64,000 bases of DNA, taken from contig NC_047076.1 of the NCBI RefSeq assembly GCF_902459465.1, forward strand, positions 8,370,001 through 8,434,000. Direction: 5' to 3'. The notes beneath the pieces are model-generated. The model searched no databases, had not been told where the DNA came from, and worked only from the letters and a program-made list of their open reading frames with translations. The stretch's first letter is position 1. Each line of letters begins with the position of its first letter. The position numbers were made by a program, and so were the translations under genes. Source of the DNA: Asterias rubens (Eukaryota). Below, piece after piece: positions 61,451 through 64,000 of this stretch.

Positions 61451-62359
61451 AAGCCCATGTTTCATTTTAAGTGGATTTTGGTCTTCCTCTGCTCTGAGAT
61501 GTGAATTGCCTTGATCACCTTTTTTTGCATTCTACAGTATTTTAAGACTCCAAGTCTTTCCAAGGCATTCACCTTCAGTTTTCTGAAACAAAGACGGGGG
61601 CAGGCACAGCAATTCAGTTTTTCCATTTTCAATGGCAGAGCTGAGACATTAAAAACACGGAAATCAAGGCCCAATTTTATTGCTCTGCTTACAGTAACCA
61701 AAGAATCGGCGCTTACACAAGCATGTAATCCAAAGCTTACGTTAAGAGTATTTCATGATTTAGCAGGTAATGATTACTGCTTAACTCAATATTAAATTAA
61801 TAATAGCATAGAGCAAGGACCTTTCTCTATGATAATAGTAACAGATATCTATTAACTTTTTGTTTACTAAGGTTGATATTTAACAGTTGGAGCCAAGGAG
61901 CCACAAAGCCTTATGAAATGTCTTAACATGAAGTCAATGTTCAACTGTGTATGTACATGTATTATATTTAAAAAAATCTTTAGCGATGTGAGTTGCAGGG
62001 AGTAACTGTATATCCAAGCCGTCTTGTCAATAAGCCTTTTGCTGAGTTAGATTTTAATAAAGTCCTGTTCGATGACTTGCTTAGTAAAAATTTACCATTA
62101 AAATTTAAATTCCTCCGGCTATAAAGACAGCTGCTGTAAAGTGAAACCTGTGATCAAGCATGTCATTGTACCACACAATATTTAAATATAACTTGCAAAT
62201 GGTATATTCATGACCCACCATCCTGAAAAACAAATAATGGTGCTACAATCTCTTATTCTTAATATTGAAAGGCTGCTAAGGAAATACAATATCAACTAAT
62301 TAATGTTTCATTACCCTAGTGGCCTGTTATTTTAAACCACTGCTTGGGCTCAAACTTTG

Positions 62360-62771
62360 GCTCTGTCTGCCGCCGAGCTCTGGTGTTTCTGTTCAGCAGA
62401 GTGTGGGATCGAGTTTTGGTCGTGACGCTTGTGTCTCTTTATTAAGCAAGACACCCGGCCATTATTGCTGTATCCTTCGGATGGGACGTATAAGCCATTG
62501 GTCCCGTGTTGTGTAATAATACACGTAAAAGAACCCAGAGCACTTGTCGAGAAGAGAAGGGGTGCCCCCCACCAAGTGTTCCTGGTTTGATTGGCTGTAT
62601 ATTGCATCACAGCACCTGGTAAACCATTACACGGTGCTATGTAAAGGATTGGGCTCATACTTCATGAACGAAGCTCCACAAAACCTTGCAGGAAAATACT
62701 GAATGTTGAAGTGCCTTGAGCATCACTGAGTGAAAGATATGAGCGCCTAATGAGAAGCCACTACTATTATA
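62360..62771 (+). mobile_element. Near full-length Deu-domain SINE
   Basis: Degenerate tRNA head, GCAAGACAC block, GGATGGGACGTATAAGCC..GGTCCCGTG..CACGTAAAAGAACCCAG.GCACTT.TCGA.AAGAGAAGGGG Deu-like core, TAC/TAT tail. Confidence 0.75.
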
Positions 62772-64000
62772 AAACAACCGACAGAGCCGAAGCACAAGCA
62801 ACAGTTTTGAAAGGGCCACAAATCGTGAAATAGTAAATATTCATCTTACATGTATTGTTGTATGTGACTCTCACAAATACAGACTGTATAGAGCAGCAGC
62901 CATTTTGTTTGTCTCTGACTTGGAAACCAGTGTTGCCAAATTGAGACTGGAAGGGCCAAAAAACAGTCGGGGCCCTTGGTGGTAATAAATGTGTATATGT
63001 TATTGTAAGTCATTGTCATTTAACACTATAAAGGTGTATGAAAAAAGGTTCAAGACCTTTTTTTCTTTATTTGTACAACGTAGTATTTGTCTCCCTTATT
63101 TTACAACTGCTTTAATAACTACAGTTGGGACAAAGTAGTGCGCACAGATTGGGCCCATCCATAGTTTGAGTAGCAAACTCAAGTTGGGCCATAAGAACTG
63201 GATTCAGCATTTTGACCAGCTCTCATGGTACATATTGTACATTCCCTTACAATTAAACAAAGCGAAACAGCAACAGGAACTGAGTAGATTATACTTGAAT
63301 TAAATCTCTTTTGGGAAGAGGAGATGGTTCTGAGAAGAACCTGAAAACTTGATTTCACAAGAGATTGGTCTTTTGTTAAATTGAGTTTTCAGGTTCCAAG
63401 ATTCATCCTTAGATGAGCTGTCAGTATATCACCATGGTGATATGGTATTGTGACATCACACTTTGCTTGGCGATTAAGATTAACACGAGCTCTTTGTGAA
63501 ATCCGGACCTTGGCCCGATAATCTTGATTGCTAATTGTGATATCACTACAGCGATTATTGACAACTTATATCGTGTTTCCAAAACAGACTTAATTCGTCC
63601 CACGACTAAGTTTGCTGCACCATGTAGAAAATAAAAGAGTATTTAATTAAACTTTACAACATGTATAACTCTATTGAAAATGTATTGTGCGTGACTGTGG
63701 AGTCTGTTGTGTTAAAGTCAATCTGTACTCTACGAGCTAAAAGATGAAATTAAAACTAAATATATAAATTAACAGCTGCAAATTTGTAATGTTTTGTTTA
63801 ACTATTTCTTGAATCTTTAAACCTTCTTACTATCCACAGCATTTCCAAGTGAACAACCATTAGTGAACGGGATTTTGGGTTCGAACGAATCAAACCACTT
63901 CACCATGAATCAACACTTCACCATAAATGCTTCCCTTCACCCAGGGGTATAAATACACATTGTTGATGTGTTTGAAAAAGCCCCTGGTGCGCGACGGCAT

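Overview
AT-rich, intron-rich animal genomic DNA. It is probably an invertebrate deuterostome such as a sea star; this is an inference from HYR-domain exons, Deu-domain SINEs and the repeat content. Two spliced protein-coding genes can be rebuilt by hand. (1) A minus-strand gene running off the left edge encodes a probable type II membrane protein: a signal anchor, a 30-nt microexon and at least 4 tandem HYR domains, each on its own phase-1 exon. (2) A plus-strand cytochrome b561 family gene (CYB561A3-like, 257 aa, 4 coding exons, 54011-58398). Most supplied ORFs are spurious frames through repeats. The rest is a dense, often nested patchwork of non-autonomous transposons: about 25 TTAA-flanked Kolobok/T2-type MITEs, CWG-flanked Harbinger-like MITEs, AT-flanked TIR elements, tRNA-derived SINEs, a decayed CACTA/EnSpm-like element with SAM-protein remnants, and several minisatellites. 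The most notable unannotated feature is a structurally complete minimal type I hammerhead ribozyme on the minus strand (28192-28235), inside a ~172-bp partially tandem unit that resembles a Penelope-derived or retrozyme-like repeat. No CRISPR array, rRNA or intact tRNA gene was found.
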